A stretch of 62,066 bases of DNA, taken from IMG/VR virus record IMGVR_UViG_3300006204_000004, positions 1-62,066 of that record; one strand, given 5' to 3'. The position numbers were made by a program, and so were the translations under genes. This document shows positions 31,031-41,421 of this stretch, piece by piece; the stretch's first letter is position 1, and each line of letters opens with the position of its first letter. The stretch comes from a virus. Lineage: Duplodnaviria; Heunggongvirae; Uroviricota; Caudoviricetes. Under the pieces are notes generated by a model, which saw only the letters and a list, made by a program, of their open reading frames with translations, made no database searches and was not told the DNA's origin.

Positions 31031-32474
31031 AGAAAAAAAAATATCATTTTCTGTATCTAATAATGAAAATATATTAACGGCTGAAGATATAGAAAACTTC
31101 CAGTTCAAAAAAATACATTGCAAGATATATTCTGCTGACAGAGTTAATGCACACAATTACACTTGTTCATTAAAAGTGCTTAAAAAATATGCAAATACTA
31201 TTGCTGGCAAACCTGTACTCGTTTGGTATAACAAATTTGCAAATGCTGGAAATGGTGATTTTGGAGGACACGAAGACAGTGTATGGGCAAAGCAATATCC
31301 AGTTGGGTTCTTTCCTGAAAATGCAAAAGTAACCTATGAAAAAGATAACGACGGCACAATTTTTTTATGTTCTGATGCATTTATTTGGTCATTATATTAT
31401 GAGGAAATTATTAAAGTATTTGAAAATTATGGCGGAGTAAAAGGTGTTTCTTGTGAAATGCTAATCATAGATTCTGAAATTATTGAAGATACGGATATTG
31501 AAAATATTTTACAATATTCTTTTTCAGGTTTAACACTATTAGGAGAAAATGACGCTTTGGGAAGTCCTATAAAGCCAGCAGTTGATGGATGTGAAGCAAC
31601 TTTGGTTACTAATTCTATCGCAATTGATAAAACAAATACAGAATATGAAAAAGCAAAAATAGAATTTGAGAAAATTTTATATAATTCTACAAAACAGGAA
31701 TCTGATTCAGATTCTTTTTTAATTGAAGAAAATAAGGAGGAAAAAATGGAAACAGAAATTATAAAGAATGCAGCATCTGACAGTTCTTCCGATCCGATTG
31801 AAAATGCAACACAGGAAGTAACAACTAGGATAAGTGTTAGCACAGATACTTACAATTATGATGACAATGGTCAATATGTCGGAGATAGTTATGAAAGTCA
31901 TACTGTAAGTACTACGGAAATTAGGGAAGTACCTGAAAGTGAAGTAAAAAGTGCAGAAAATTCTTCTATTAATAATACCGAAGCTGTCACCAATTCTGAT
32001 ACTGATTCAAAAATACAAAACTCTGACACAGCAGGAAATAATTCATGCAAGACTAATAATTCAATAAATGTGAATATAGAAGAATTTGAATCATTAAAAA
32101 TTAAATGTGCGACATTAGAAAAAGAGTTATCAAATAAAAAAACAGAATGCGAAGTTTTAATTCAGAAATGTGCTGACTTAGAACTTTATAAGAATAATAA
32201 AGAAAATGAAAATATGAGGAATACTATTAAACTTGCGTTAAATAGTGTTTCTCATATTTTAAATTCTGACCAAATTTCAAAATGGAGAAAAGAATCTGAA
32301 AAATGTTCTTCTGAGAATGTAGATGGCTTTATCAATAATTTGAAAGCATTTGCATTTGATATTCAGGAGAAAAATGGAATTCCTTATACTGAGTCAATTA
32401 GAAATGCTCTTCCAAGAAATACAGAAACTAAACCAAATGACCTTTGGGAAAGAATTGAAAAAAAATATAACTAA
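31008..32474 (+). CDS. prohead protease / scaffold
   Basis: VNAHN, FGGHE, GVSCEM, FSGLTLLG N-terminal domain and acidic coiled-coil tail; start may be TTG 31023. Confidence 0.75.
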   Translation: MVKPCLDKEKKISFSVSNNENILTAEDIENFQFKKIHCKIYSADRVNAHNYTCSLKVLKKYANTIAGKPVLVWYNKFANAGNGDFGGHEDSVWAKQYPVGFFPENAKVTYEKDNDGTIFLCSDAFIWSLYYEEIIKVFENYGGVKGVSCEMLIIDSEIIEDTDIENILQYSFSGLTLLGENDALGSPIKPAVDGCEATLVTNSIAIDKTNTEYEKAKIEFEKILYNSTKQESDSDSFLIEENKEEKMETEIIKNAASDSSSDPIENATQEVTTRISVSTDTYNYDDNGQYVGDSYESHTVSTTEIREVPESEVKSAENSSINNTEAVTNSDTDSKIQNSDTAGNNSCKTNNSINVNIEEFESLKIKCATLEKELSNKKTECEVLIQKCADLELYKNNKENENMRNTIKLALNSVSHILNSDQISKWRKESEKCSSENVDGFINNLKAFAFDIQEKNGIPYTESIRNALPRNTETKPNDLWERIEKKYN

Positions 32475-32490
32475 ATTTAGGAGGAAATAA

Positions 32491-33000
32491 ATGGCTAATA
32501 TTTTAATATTACGAAGTGTAAATACTGGTGATGAAGATATCAAAACTGGTATTGCAGAAGTTGAATTGGAAAATGGATTTGCTGTTGCATTGGGAGAAAC
32601 ATCAAAAGAAAGAAAAAGCAGATTTGCTTATAAAGTAACAGAGCCTAATGCAAATTCTGAAATCGTTGGTCTAGTATATAATGCCGATGTTCCATTTTTA
32701 ACAGATGCTAATGGGAATGTATATAAAGGTGTCGTTTCTGACCCACGAAATATTAAATTTCCAAGCGGAACCCCTGTTAATATCTGGATTCCAAGTAAAA
32801 ATTCTGAAATTGCAATGACCGAAATTTCTGGAAATTCTGAAAATGCAAAATACGTCGTATATAAAGAATCTGATATGAAACCAACTTATGCATCTGATAC
32901 AAAAAATGCTATTCATGCATTTAAAATTACTGACGCAAAAAGTTACATCTCTATTGGAAATGAAAGAGTTCATGCAATAGAAATGATTTGTGTATTTTAA
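32491..33000 (+). CDS. head decoration / structural protein
   Basis: AGGAGG RBS; between protease and capsid; AEVELENGFAVALG. Confidence 0.55.
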   Translation: MANILILRSVNTGDEDIKTGIAEVELENGFAVALGETSKERKSRFAYKVTEPNANSEIVGLVYNADVPFLTDANGNVYKGVVSDPRNIKFPSGTPVNIWIPSKNSEIAMTEISGNSENAKYVVYKESDMKPTYASDTKNAIHAFKITDAKSYISIGNERVHAIEMICVF

Positions 33001-33017
33001 TGAAAGGAGAAAACTAT

Positions 33018-34097
33018 ATGCCATTTAATAAAATAACGTTTTCTACTGATGTGGAAAAAGATTTAATTCCAGCATGGAAAGATTATGTTAATCACTATAG
33101 AAAAGAAAATTATTCAACAAAAAAAGTAGTAAATGAGGTGAAAACACTTTCAGAAAAAGAAAATTTAGTAAATAAAATTGCTTTTTCAGAAATTGCAAAA
33201 TTTGCAAATATGGATACTTCTTTTATTGGAAAGATGCAAATGTCTACAAATCCAATGTATCGATGGGCGTTTTTCGCTGTTGTTAATAAACTTGTAGATA
33301 TTGTTATTCCAGATGTCATTGCAGAAGATTTTTATCAGTTTGCGAATGTAGGTACTATTGGTAAAGGTAACTCTGGAAAATTTACGATCAAATCTTCTGA
33401 TTTGTTTACCGTTGACATCAATGGACAATCACGGCGGCATATCAATGCACAGCGTCAGTTTACAGGTGAACATACACTAACACCTGTAAATCATACTATT
33501 ACTACACAAGTTGATTTATATAGAGTATTAGCTGGAGAAGAATCATTAGCTGAATATGCAGTTAAAATTATTCTTTCTATTGAAGCGGAAATTGCATTAG
33601 ATATTGCATTCTGTATGCAGGAATCTTTTAACACAAGATCAGCAAATTTCAAAGAAGTAGGATTTACACAAGTAGCATTTAAAACTTTAGCTACTAGAGT
33701 TTCCGCTGCTAACGGTGGAAAAAAAGCTGTCGCATTAGGAACAGAAACAGCACTTATGGACGTAATGCCAACAGATGATTATCTGAAACTTGGTCTTGGT
33801 GAAACATACAATAGCATTGGTTATCTTCCAATATTCTTAAATACACCTCTTATTGCTCTTGCTCAAAAAATTGATTGGACTTCTCCAGATTATGATTTCG
33901 CAATCAGTGATAAATTCATTTATTTTGTATCTCCAGGTATGCAAAAATTAATTCAGATTGTTTTTGAAGATGAAGGTTTATACATAACAGATGAAGTGTT
34001 TGCTAATGGTAATTTAATCCAGAATGCATCCATGCATAAAGGATGGGCAACTGGTCTTATTACTAATTCCAAACATGCGGTAATGAAATTATCATAA
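33018..34097 (+). CDS. major capsid protein
   Basis: 359 aa from ATG 33018 with AAAGGAG RBS; position and size. Confidence 0.75.
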   Translation: MPFNKITFSTDVEKDLIPAWKDYVNHYRKENYSTKKVVNEVKTLSEKENLVNKIAFSEIAKFANMDTSFIGKMQMSTNPMYRWAFFAVVNKLVDIVIPDVIAEDFYQFANVGTIGKGNSGKFTIKSSDLFTVDINGQSRRHINAQRQFTGEHTLTPVNHTITTQVDLYRVLAGEESLAEYAVKIILSIEAEIALDIAFCMQESFNTRSANFKEVGFTQVAFKTLATRVSAANGGKKAVALGTETALMDVMPTDDYLKLGLGETYNSIGYLPIFLNTPLIALAQKIDWTSPDYDFAISDKFIYFVSPGMQKLIQIVFEDEGLYITDEVFANGNLIQNASMHKGWATGLITNSKHAVMKLS

Positions 34098-34146
34098 CAA
34101 TAATACATAGTGATAGGGAGGAAGGATTGTCTTCTTCTCTATAAAA

Positions 34147-34881
34147 ATGGAGGGACAAATGGCTGGGAGACAAAAAAAGGAAGATGAAATAATAGATAAT
34201 AATAAAATTACAGAAAACATTAATACAAATACCATTATTATTGACGAATTAAAGAAAGAAAATGATATTTTGAGAAAAGAAAATGAAGATGTAAAATCTC
34301 AAATTAAATTAATTCTTGAAAAACTTGCAGAGCAAGAAGATAAAAATTCAAAATCAGAAGAATCTAATATCAGAATCCAAGAAGAATCTAAAAATAACTT
34401 TTATACTGATATTAATCCATTGAAACTAATTAAAGTGATTTCTTTAAGCGACGGCGGAGTATCTTTAAAAACAAAACCTAGTGGTGATGGGAAGATATTT
34501 CGATTTGATAAGTTTGGGCATTCTGTAACAATAACGTATACTGATTTACAGGATATTATTTCTACAAATCGTTCATTTATTGAAGATGGCATCGTATATA
34601 TTTGTGATGAAGATGTTATTAAAAATAATTACTTAGAAGATGCATATAGCAAATTTTTAACAATAGAAACGATAAATAACATTTTTTCTTTTCCAAAAGA
34701 TAAAATTATCGATATGATTAAAAACACTACTGAAGCGCTACAGGATTCTATAATTTCTTTCATTATCAAGAAAATAAACAACAACGAATATGTTGATATG
34801 AATAAGGTAGATGCAATCGGAAAATCATGTAAAATACCATGTAACATTTTAGAATTAGCAGAACAAAAACGTGAAAACTAA
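34147..34881 (+). CDS. phage structural/hypothetical protein
   Basis: ORF after capsid, coiled-coil N-terminus. Confidence 0.6.
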   Translation: MEGQMAGRQKKEDEIIDNNKITENINTNTIIIDELKKENDILRKENEDVKSQIKLILEKLAEQEDKNSKSEESNIRIQEESKNNFYTDINPLKLIKVISLSDGGVSLKTKPSGDGKIFRFDKFGHSVTITYTDLQDIISTNRSFIEDGIVYICDEDVIKNNYLEDAYSKFLTIETINNIFSFPKDKIIDMIKNTTEALQDSIISFIIKKINNNEYVDMNKVDAIGKSCKIPCNILELAEQKREN

Positions 34882-35338
34882 TCAAGAGGTAAAATATGTG
34901 AAAACAAGTTATTTTGATATTATAGAACTTGTATTATCATTGTCAAAATCTTATGAAATAGATGGAATATTTGATAAATACAAGGAAGAAGGATTGTTAC
35001 AACTTCTTCTCCCCTACTTTAAATTTGCGTCAGGAGAATTAGAAATATCTGATTCTGGAATCGATACATCAAGGGATGATGAGTTGTCACAATTTAATAC
35101 TAATTTGTCAGATGGTGAGCAGATTATTTTTTGTAAATATATTCTTATTGGATATTTAACAAAAGATAAAAATGATATTTTACAAATGAGACTTCATTTA
35201 CAAGATGGAGATTTTAAAACTTATGCAGAATCTAATAATTTAACAGCAAAAACAAATTCTTTAGAAATCTTAAAAGAAGAAGTTGGGTGGAACGTAAAAA
35301 AAACAGGTTATAAAAATATAAACATATGGGAGACTTAA
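34871..35338 (+). CDS. putative head-tail connector
   Basis: Synteny and size only. Confidence 0.5.
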   Translation: MKTNQEVKYVKTSYFDIIELVLSLSKSYEIDGIFDKYKEEGLLQLLLPYFKFASGELEISDSGIDTSRDDELSQFNTNLSDGEQIIFCKYILIGYLTKDKNDILQMRLHLQDGDFKTYAESNNLTAKTNSLEILKEEVGWNVKKTGYKNINIWET

Positions 35339-35356
35339 TTAATTTGTCCTATATAG

Positions 35357-36388
35357 GTGATTAATATGCATTTAACTTCATATAAACTGACAAGAGAATT
35401 TTCTTCTTCTAATCCGAGATCTGAATTATTACGGGAAAAGCAGTCTCAAATTAATGATTTATATAATTTTGCTGCTGACAGAGAAGATGATGTAATTCTA
35501 AATGGAAAACCATTTCTTAAAAGCCCACGTATATTTGATCATAAATTCATAGATACGTTTCATCATAAAATTATAGTTGAGACTATTCTTGATAGTGATT
35601 GGATGGAATGCGGCGATTATTTGGAATATGATAATATGACATGGTTATGTCTAAACTCTTTTTCTTTTCACAAATTATATTGTAGAGCAACATTTATGAG
35701 TTGTGATTGGAAAATATATTGGCTAAACGACAAGGGTGAATTGAAAAGCCAATATGTTATTGATCAAAATAGTACACAATATAATAGTGGCGAAACAAAT
35801 AGCCAAATAATGACATTAGGATCAGCTCAGCATATGTTAAGAGTACAATGTAATGAAGATACTATCCAATTAGATTCTCCAATAAGATTTGCCATTGACA
35901 AAAATATAAAAAATCCAACATGCTACAAAATTACACAAAATGATAATAGCGCTTATAATTATGGCAAAGGTATATGTTGTATCACTGTAACAGAAGATGA
36001 GTTTAATCAAGATAATGATAAATTAATTCAATTAGATGATAGTACAAAAGTATGGATTTGTGACTATAGACATTTCGATACTCCTCCATTACCAGATCAC
36101 GATTCAGATTTATCTGTCCAAATTTTAGGAAGCAAACAATTAAAAGTTGGTGTTCCACGTAAATACTCTGTTAAGTTTACTGATAAATTTGGTAATGATA
36201 TTGATTGGAAAAAAGTAAATTTTACATGGAATATAATTTCTAATTTTGAAGTTCAATTAGATAAAAATAATAACAATATCCAGTTATTAATAAAAGATGA
36301 TTCTCATATAGGAGAATCTTTTTTATTACAAATTTTTGTAGATAATAAATGTATAGAGAAAATAAAAATTTCTATAATAGATGTTTGA
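35357..36388 (+). CDS. putative head-closure/neck protein
   Basis: Synteny; beta-rich C-terminus. Confidence 0.5.
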   Translation: MINMHLTSYKLTREFSSSNPRSELLREKQSQINDLYNFAADREDDVILNGKPFLKSPRIFDHKFIDTFHHKIIVETILDSDWMECGDYLEYDNMTWLCLNSFSFHKLYCRATFMSCDWKIYWLNDKGELKSQYVIDQNSTQYNSGETNSQIMTLGSAQHMLRVQCNEDTIQLDSPIRFAIDKNIKNPTCYKITQNDNSAYNYGKGICCITVTEDEFNQDNDKLIQLDDSTKVWICDYRHFDTPPLPDHDSDLSVQILGSKQLKVGVPRKYSVKFTDKFGNDIDWKKVNFTWNIISNFEVQLDKNNNNIQLLIKDDSHIGESFLLQIFVDNKCIEKIKISIIDV

Positions 36389-36407
36389 TAAAAGGTGGTG
36401 AAGTTTA

Positions 36408-37001
36408 ATTTCTAATATATATAATGCTTCTGTTTATAAAAACAAAATTATAAATCTTCTATTAAAAAACAAAGATTTTGTTACAGTTATAAATCCAATA
36501 TCAGATTCAAAATGTGAATATTTGGATGTTATAGATATATTATTAGGTGGAGAATGGATTTATAATGGTATAAAATATGAAGAATATGGACATATATTTG
36601 ATTACAATTTTGTAGATGAAACTGTTAAAAAAGAAAAAACTTTTGTTTTTGTTGAAACTGATATAGACAATGTTAGTCGAAATATATTTACAAATTTTAA
36701 TCTGTATGTATGTATTTTTACTATTAAAAGACAAGTTAGAATTACTGAACATAGCACCCCCACGATAAACCAGATTAAAAATATGGGTTATTGTACGTCT
36801 GAATATGCAAATCGAATTGATATATTGTGTGATATTGCAGACAGAATATTAAATGGAACAAATAAAATTAAAGGAATTGGAGACATTCAGCCAGCTGACA
36901 GAGGCTACTGCACTATTTATCTTCCAAATAACAAATTTTATGGAAAATGCCTTAAATATAAAATTATGAATTACAATGAGGATGAAATCTGTGAAAATTA
37001 A
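36408..37001 (+). CDS. putative tail terminator, probable ATT start
   Basis: Frame open for 38 codons upstream of TTG 36522 to an AAGGTGGTG RBS; in-frame TGA at 36399. Confidence 0.55.
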   Translation: MSNIYNASVYKNKIINLLLKNKDFVTVINPISDSKCEYLDVIDILLGGEWIYNGIKYEEYGHIFDYNFVDETVKKEKTFVFVETDIDNVSRNIFTNFNLYVCIFTIKRQVRITEHSTPTINQIKNMGYCTSEYANRIDILCDIADRILNGTNKIKGIGDIQPADRGYCTIYLPNNKFYGKCLKYKIMNYNEDEICEN

Positions 37002-37773
37002 TAAAGATCTCCTCTTCCCCTATGTTATATATAATCAGCCATTTAAATATGATGACTCTATTACTTTGCATCCAGTAGTTATGAAAGATATCTTGACATT
37101 TCAAACATTATCACAATCTATAATTATAAGGAAAAATAGTACGTTCCATGAAAAACAAATAATTAAAATGTCATACCTTGAGTTCCTAATTTATTGTTTT
37201 GGTAATGATAATATTGAAGAAAAATATAAAATATCAGGATTATCTCAATATTATATTCTAGCAATGTATTTATTAAAATTATGTTGTCCTGATGCAGAAA
37301 TTACAATCAATGAACAAAATGGATATTATATCATAAATAATGAAATCATAACTCCTCAAATATTTGATGATTTAAGACGAATTATAATTATTCAAAATGA
37401 TATTGATTTTGATATTGATGATTTTTTAAATTATGATACAGAACAAAGATTATTAAAGGCTCAGAAAGATAATAACAAAAGTTTAAAATCTGCAAATATG
37501 GAGGATTATATTGATTCTTTAGTAATAGCCATGAATACAACTGAAAAACAAATAATGGATATGACTATCCGTAAATTCTGGAGATACATTAAACGTTATC
37601 AGTTATTTGAAATTTATCACATAATGAAAACTGGAGAATGTAGTGGAATGGTATCTTTTAAAGAACCTATAGAATATTGGATGTTGGGTTTTGATGACAA
37701 TGATGATAAATATAGTTCTCTTAAATCAGATGAACAAAGTATGACCAATAAAATAAACAATGCAAATAGTTAG
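36976..37773 (+). CDS. putative tail assembly protein
   Basis: Synteny; IMDMTIRKFWRYIKR motif. Confidence 0.5.
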   Translation: MRMKSVKINKDLLFPYVIYNQPFKYDDSITLHPVVMKDILTFQTLSQSIIIRKNSTFHEKQIIKMSYLEFLIYCFGNDNIEEKYKISGLSQYYILAMYLLKLCCPDAEITINEQNGYYIINNEIITPQIFDDLRRIIIIQNDIDFDIDDFLNYDTEQRLLKAQKDNNKSLKSANMEDYIDSLVIAMNTTEKQIMDMTIRKFWRYIKRYQLFEIYHIMKTGECSGMVSFKEPIEYWMLGFDDNDDKYSSLKSDEQSMTNKINNANS

Positions 37774-37829
37774 AGTGGTTAATCTACTCTTTTTTGAGAA
37801 AAAATTTTTATGCAAGAAAGGAAATTTAA

Positions 37830-38873
37830 ATGCCAAATAATTTAGACATTCTTAAAAAGGCTAATAGTAAAGCCAAAAATTTTCTAGTTTCAACGGCTGA
37901 TTTTGCATTATTTTTCAATGAAATGTCAGCTTGTACTGGAACTGTAAACTTAAATACTTCTATTGAAATTAGTATGCAGGAACAGAATATTAATGCTGGT
38001 AAAGGTAATAAATTAGTTTATTCCTATAAGTATGGTCGAGAAATGAACATCACTCTTGAAGCTGCTAATTGGGATCTTCGTTATTTAGCTGTAAATCTTG
38101 GCAAAGATATTAATATTCAATTAGACGATGCATATGATATCTATAAATGTGTCACAATTAATGACGGTATTGGTGTCTTACCAAATACTCCTATTGGAAA
38201 CGTGGACGTGGAAATTTCCGCAGATAATGCTATTAATGTAATTCCAGAAGGTAATGTAATTGATTTAAAACCATATGGAATAGAATCAGGTACAGTAAAT
38301 GTTACATATAAGTTTAAAGAACTAAGTCAGAGTATTGTAATTGATGCAGAAACCTCACCTAAAGTTTATAAACTTGTAATGACTGCGGATAAGCACAATA
38401 ATAAACTTGGAAAAGTTGGTACAGTAGAAATTGAAGTTCCTTCTTTCCAACCTAGTGGTAATTTTAATATTGAATTTACTCCTGATGGAGTTTCTTCAAC
38501 TTCCATTGAAGGAAAAGCTCTGGCTGTAGAAGGTGATACCTGCGATTCTGGAAATGCTGTATACGCCTATGTTAGAGAACGCAGCGATGAAGAATATAAG
38601 ATCATAGTATCTGAGATAGCTGGCACACCAGGAACTATTGAGCTTGATTCCAATGATAAAACAAAAACTATTACAATTTCAGTAATTGGGATGAAAGGTG
38701 CAATGTATAGTAATATTGAATTAGACAATTCTGATTGTAATTTTGTTAGTGAAAATACAAATATTGCAACAGTTGATGAAGACGGAATTGTAATGCCTGT
38801 TGCTACAGGAACAACAAAAATAAATATCTCTTATGGTAATATTTCTGATGAGATTGACGTAAACGTGGCATAG
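37830..38873 (+). CDS. major tail (tube) protein with C-terminal Ig-like domain
   Basis: SENTNIATVDEDGIVMPVATGTTKINISYG is Big_2-like. Confidence 0.75.
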   Translation: MPNNLDILKKANSKAKNFLVSTADFALFFNEMSACTGTVNLNTSIEISMQEQNINAGKGNKLVYSYKYGREMNITLEAANWDLRYLAVNLGKDINIQLDDAYDIYKCVTINDGIGVLPNTPIGNVDVEISADNAINVIPEGNVIDLKPYGIESGTVNVTYKFKELSQSIVIDAETSPKVYKLVMTADKHNNKLGKVGTVEIEVPSFQPSGNFNIEFTPDGVSSTSIEGKALAVEGDTCDSGNAVYAYVRERSDEEYKIIVSEIAGTPGTIELDSNDKTKTITISVIGMKGAMYSNIELDNSDCNFVSENTNIATVDEDGIVMPVATGTTKINISYGNISDEIDVNVA

Positions 38874-38930
38874 TAATAAAAATAAGCAGATAGTTATTAC
38901 ATTCTATCTGCTTATTCTATTGGAGGTATA

Positions 38931-39206
38931 ATGGAAGGCAAAGAAAGCGATTTGAAAATTAATGAATGTACTGATGAAGAATTAGAATCTATAACATCAA
39001 AGAAACAAAAAGCAAATATAAAAAAAGATGACTATAAATATAAAGAATGTAAAGTTATTAACTATAATAAATATACAAAAACATTAGATATTTTATTTGA
39101 TCGATTTGGAATTAGAATTTTCGATGTCGAAAACTTTAGTGGCAGTACTGCTGTTGTAAAATATACAGGTGAAATCGGAAAACCAGATTTCAATTATAAA
39201 CTATAA
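38931..39206 (+). CDS. hypothetical phage protein
   Basis: GGAGG RBS, 91 aa. Confidence 0.65.
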   Translation: MEGKESDLKINECTDEELESITSKKQKANIKKDDYKYKECKVINYNKYTKTLDILFDRFGIRIFDVENFSGSTAVVKYTGEIGKPDFNYKL

Positions 39207-39427
39207 ATAATATTATGTGTAAAAATTCATACGAAAAAATTTCTAATCGAACAAATAAGCGAATGCTATTTTGTAAATTGCTTGGGACTGATGGATCATT
39301 ATCTCAAATTTGTATTAGTCAAAGATTTTGTAAAGAAAAAGATAGATATATCGAATCTGAACATCCATATAAAAATTGTAAATATTATGAATAATTACAA
39401 TCTATGAATTAGAAAGAAGGTGTATCC

Positions 39428-39730
39428 GTGAAAAAAATTAATACTAGTGGTATTACTTCTGAATCTATAATAGGTGTATTGCTTTTACTAATTTCGTTAA
39501 TCAACGCTGTATTACAAATACTTAATATAGATACTCTTCCAATAGAAAATGAAGAAATATCCGCAATTATATCTGGTGTTTTTCTTATAGTAACTTCTTT
39601 ATGGAATACCTGGAAAAATAGAAATATATCTACAGCCAGTCAGTTAGCCCAGTCTATCACAGATAGTTTAAAAAATGGTGAAATTCTTGAAGAAGATATC
39701 AGAAAACTAATAACTAAAATAAGAAGGTAG
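39428..39730 (+). CDS. holin (SPP1-like)
   Basis: Two TM helices, SLWNTWKNRNIS, basic C-terminus; upstream of the amidase. Confidence 0.85.
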   Translation: MKKINTSGITSESIIGVLLLLISLINAVLQILNIDTLPIENEEISAIISGVFLIVTSLWNTWKNRNISTASQLAQSITDSLKNGEILEEDIRKLITKIRR

Positions 39731-39738
39731 GTAATCGA

Positions 39739-40287
39739 ATGAAAATTGCATTAACAGTTGGGCATTCTTTACTGAAGAATGGATGTTATACAAGTGCAGA
39801 TGGAAGAAATAATGGTGGATGTAATGAATATATTTGGTGTAAAGCTTTTTCAAAGCAACTTACTAATAAATTAAAAGCATATGGTCATGATGTAACATGT
39901 ATTATATGTCCCGAAAAACAATTTACATCTTACAAACAAGAAAAAGATTATAAATTAAATTTAATTAACAAAGGAAATTATGACTTAGTTATTGAATTGC
40001 ATTTAAATGGTGCATCTCCATCAGCAGAAGGCACCACTGTACTTTATAAATCAAATATTGGAAAAAGGTATGCTAATCAAGTTCAAAAGCAGCTCGCTAC
40101 TATTTTTAAGGATAGGGGTATTACACATCGTACAGATTTATATATGTTGAACGGCACAAAACCCCCTGCTATTTTATTGGAAACTTTTTTCTGTACTAAT
40201 TCATCCGATTATAAAAAAGCAAAAGGTAATATAAACAGAAATAAAATAGCTAAACTTGTAGCAAAAGGAATTCAGAATGCTATTTAG
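39739..40287 (+). CDS. N-acetylmuramoyl-L-alanine amidase (Amidase_3) endolysin
   Basis: LTVGH, CNEY, IELHLNG, AILLETFFCTN zinc ligands. Confidence 0.92.
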   Translation: MKIALTVGHSLLKNGCYTSADGRNNGGCNEYIWCKAFSKQLTNKLKAYGHDVTCIICPEKQFTSYKQEKDYKLNLINKGNYDLVIELHLNGASPSAEGTTVLYKSNIGKRYANQVQKQLATIFKDRGITHRTDLYMLNGTKPPAILLETFFCTNSSDYKKAKGNINRNKIAKLVAKGIQNAI

Positions 40288-40306
40288 GAAGGATGGATTT
40301 GTATGA

Positions 40307-40816
40307 ATGAACGAAATATTAAATTTAACAAATGTTAATTATACATCTTTGTTTGTTTCCATAATTACTATTTTAATTGGTATGAAAGCTACTGTATCTA
40401 TTTTTGAATGGTTTATTAATAAACTTGGTTTAGAAACAAAATGGATGCGAGAAAAAAGACAAAATCGTGAATTATTATTAAAAACCTCTGAGAATTTAAT
40501 GAAATTACATGATCGTCATGAAAAAGATATTGACAAATCAGATAAACGAGATGAAGAAATTTATAATGATATCAAAAAACTTACTCAGATGTTTATTGAT
40601 AAAGAAATTGACGATATGAGATGGGAAATAAATAGTTTTGCTACAAAAGTAGCAGAAGGAAAACCTTGTAATAAAGATAGCTTTACTCATTGTATTCACA
40701 TATATAAAAAATACGAAAATATATTAGAGGAAAATAATATGGAAAATGGTGAAGTAGAAATATCTATGGAAATTATAAATGATGCATATAAGCAAAAACT
40801 AAAAGATGGTTTTTAA
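40307..40816 (+). CDS. membrane-anchored lysis-module protein
   Basis: One N-terminal TM helix then coiled coil. Confidence 0.6.
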   Translation: MNEILNLTNVNYTSLFVSIITILIGMKATVSIFEWFINKLGLETKWMREKRQNRELLLKTSENLMKLHDRHEKDIDKSDKRDEEIYNDIKKLTQMFIDKEIDDMRWEINSFATKVAEGKPCNKDSFTHCIHIYKKYENILEENNMENGEVEISMEIINDAYKQKLKDGF

Positions 40817-40965
40817 TATAAAAGAGCGATTTTATAGCGAAGTCGCTCTTTCGTTTAGAGAAATATGTATATGAATACCAATAAATTGATATAGGTATTT
40901 CTCATATCGAAGTGTCAGAGGTTATTGAACTGGTATTTTTCGAGTAGTAAATAAATTAAAAAGGA

Positions 40966-41421
40966 GTGATAGTTATAACAACCAGAACAAAGTTTAACGT
41001 AGATAAAGATATAAGTAAAAGAACTTACAATGAAATAACATTTGATTCCATATTAGAAATGAAATATTATCGTGATGTGCTTTGTCCATTAGTGAAGAGT
41101 GGCGATGTGGTTAAATATGAATTACAAAAACCATATGAGTTACAACCAAAGTTCATACATAATAATAAAATTATTCAGCCAATTAAATATGTGGCTGATT
41201 TTTTTATTATTTATAAAGATGGTCACGAAGAAGTTATTGATACAAAAGGTTGTCCAGATAGTGTTGCCATCTTAAAAAGAAAACTTTTTTGGTATCACTA
41301 TCCCACTGTTGATTATAAGTGGATTTGTTATTCAAAAATTGATGGAGGATGGTGTGAATATGAATATGTTAAAAAGCAACGTGCAAAACGAAAGAGAAAC
41401 AAAAACAAGTCCGTGGACTGA
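40966..41421 (+). CDS. DUF1064-like PD-(D/E)XK nuclease
   Basis: FDSILEMKYY, YELQPKF, IKYVADF, VIDTKG. Confidence 0.8.
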   Translation: MIVITTRTKFNVDKDISKRTYNEITFDSILEMKYYRDVLCPLVKSGDVVKYELQKPYELQPKFIHNNKIIQPIKYVADFFIIYKDGHEEVIDTKGCPDSVAILKRKLFWYHYPTVDYKWICYSKIDGGWCEYEYVKKQRAKRKRNKNKSVD

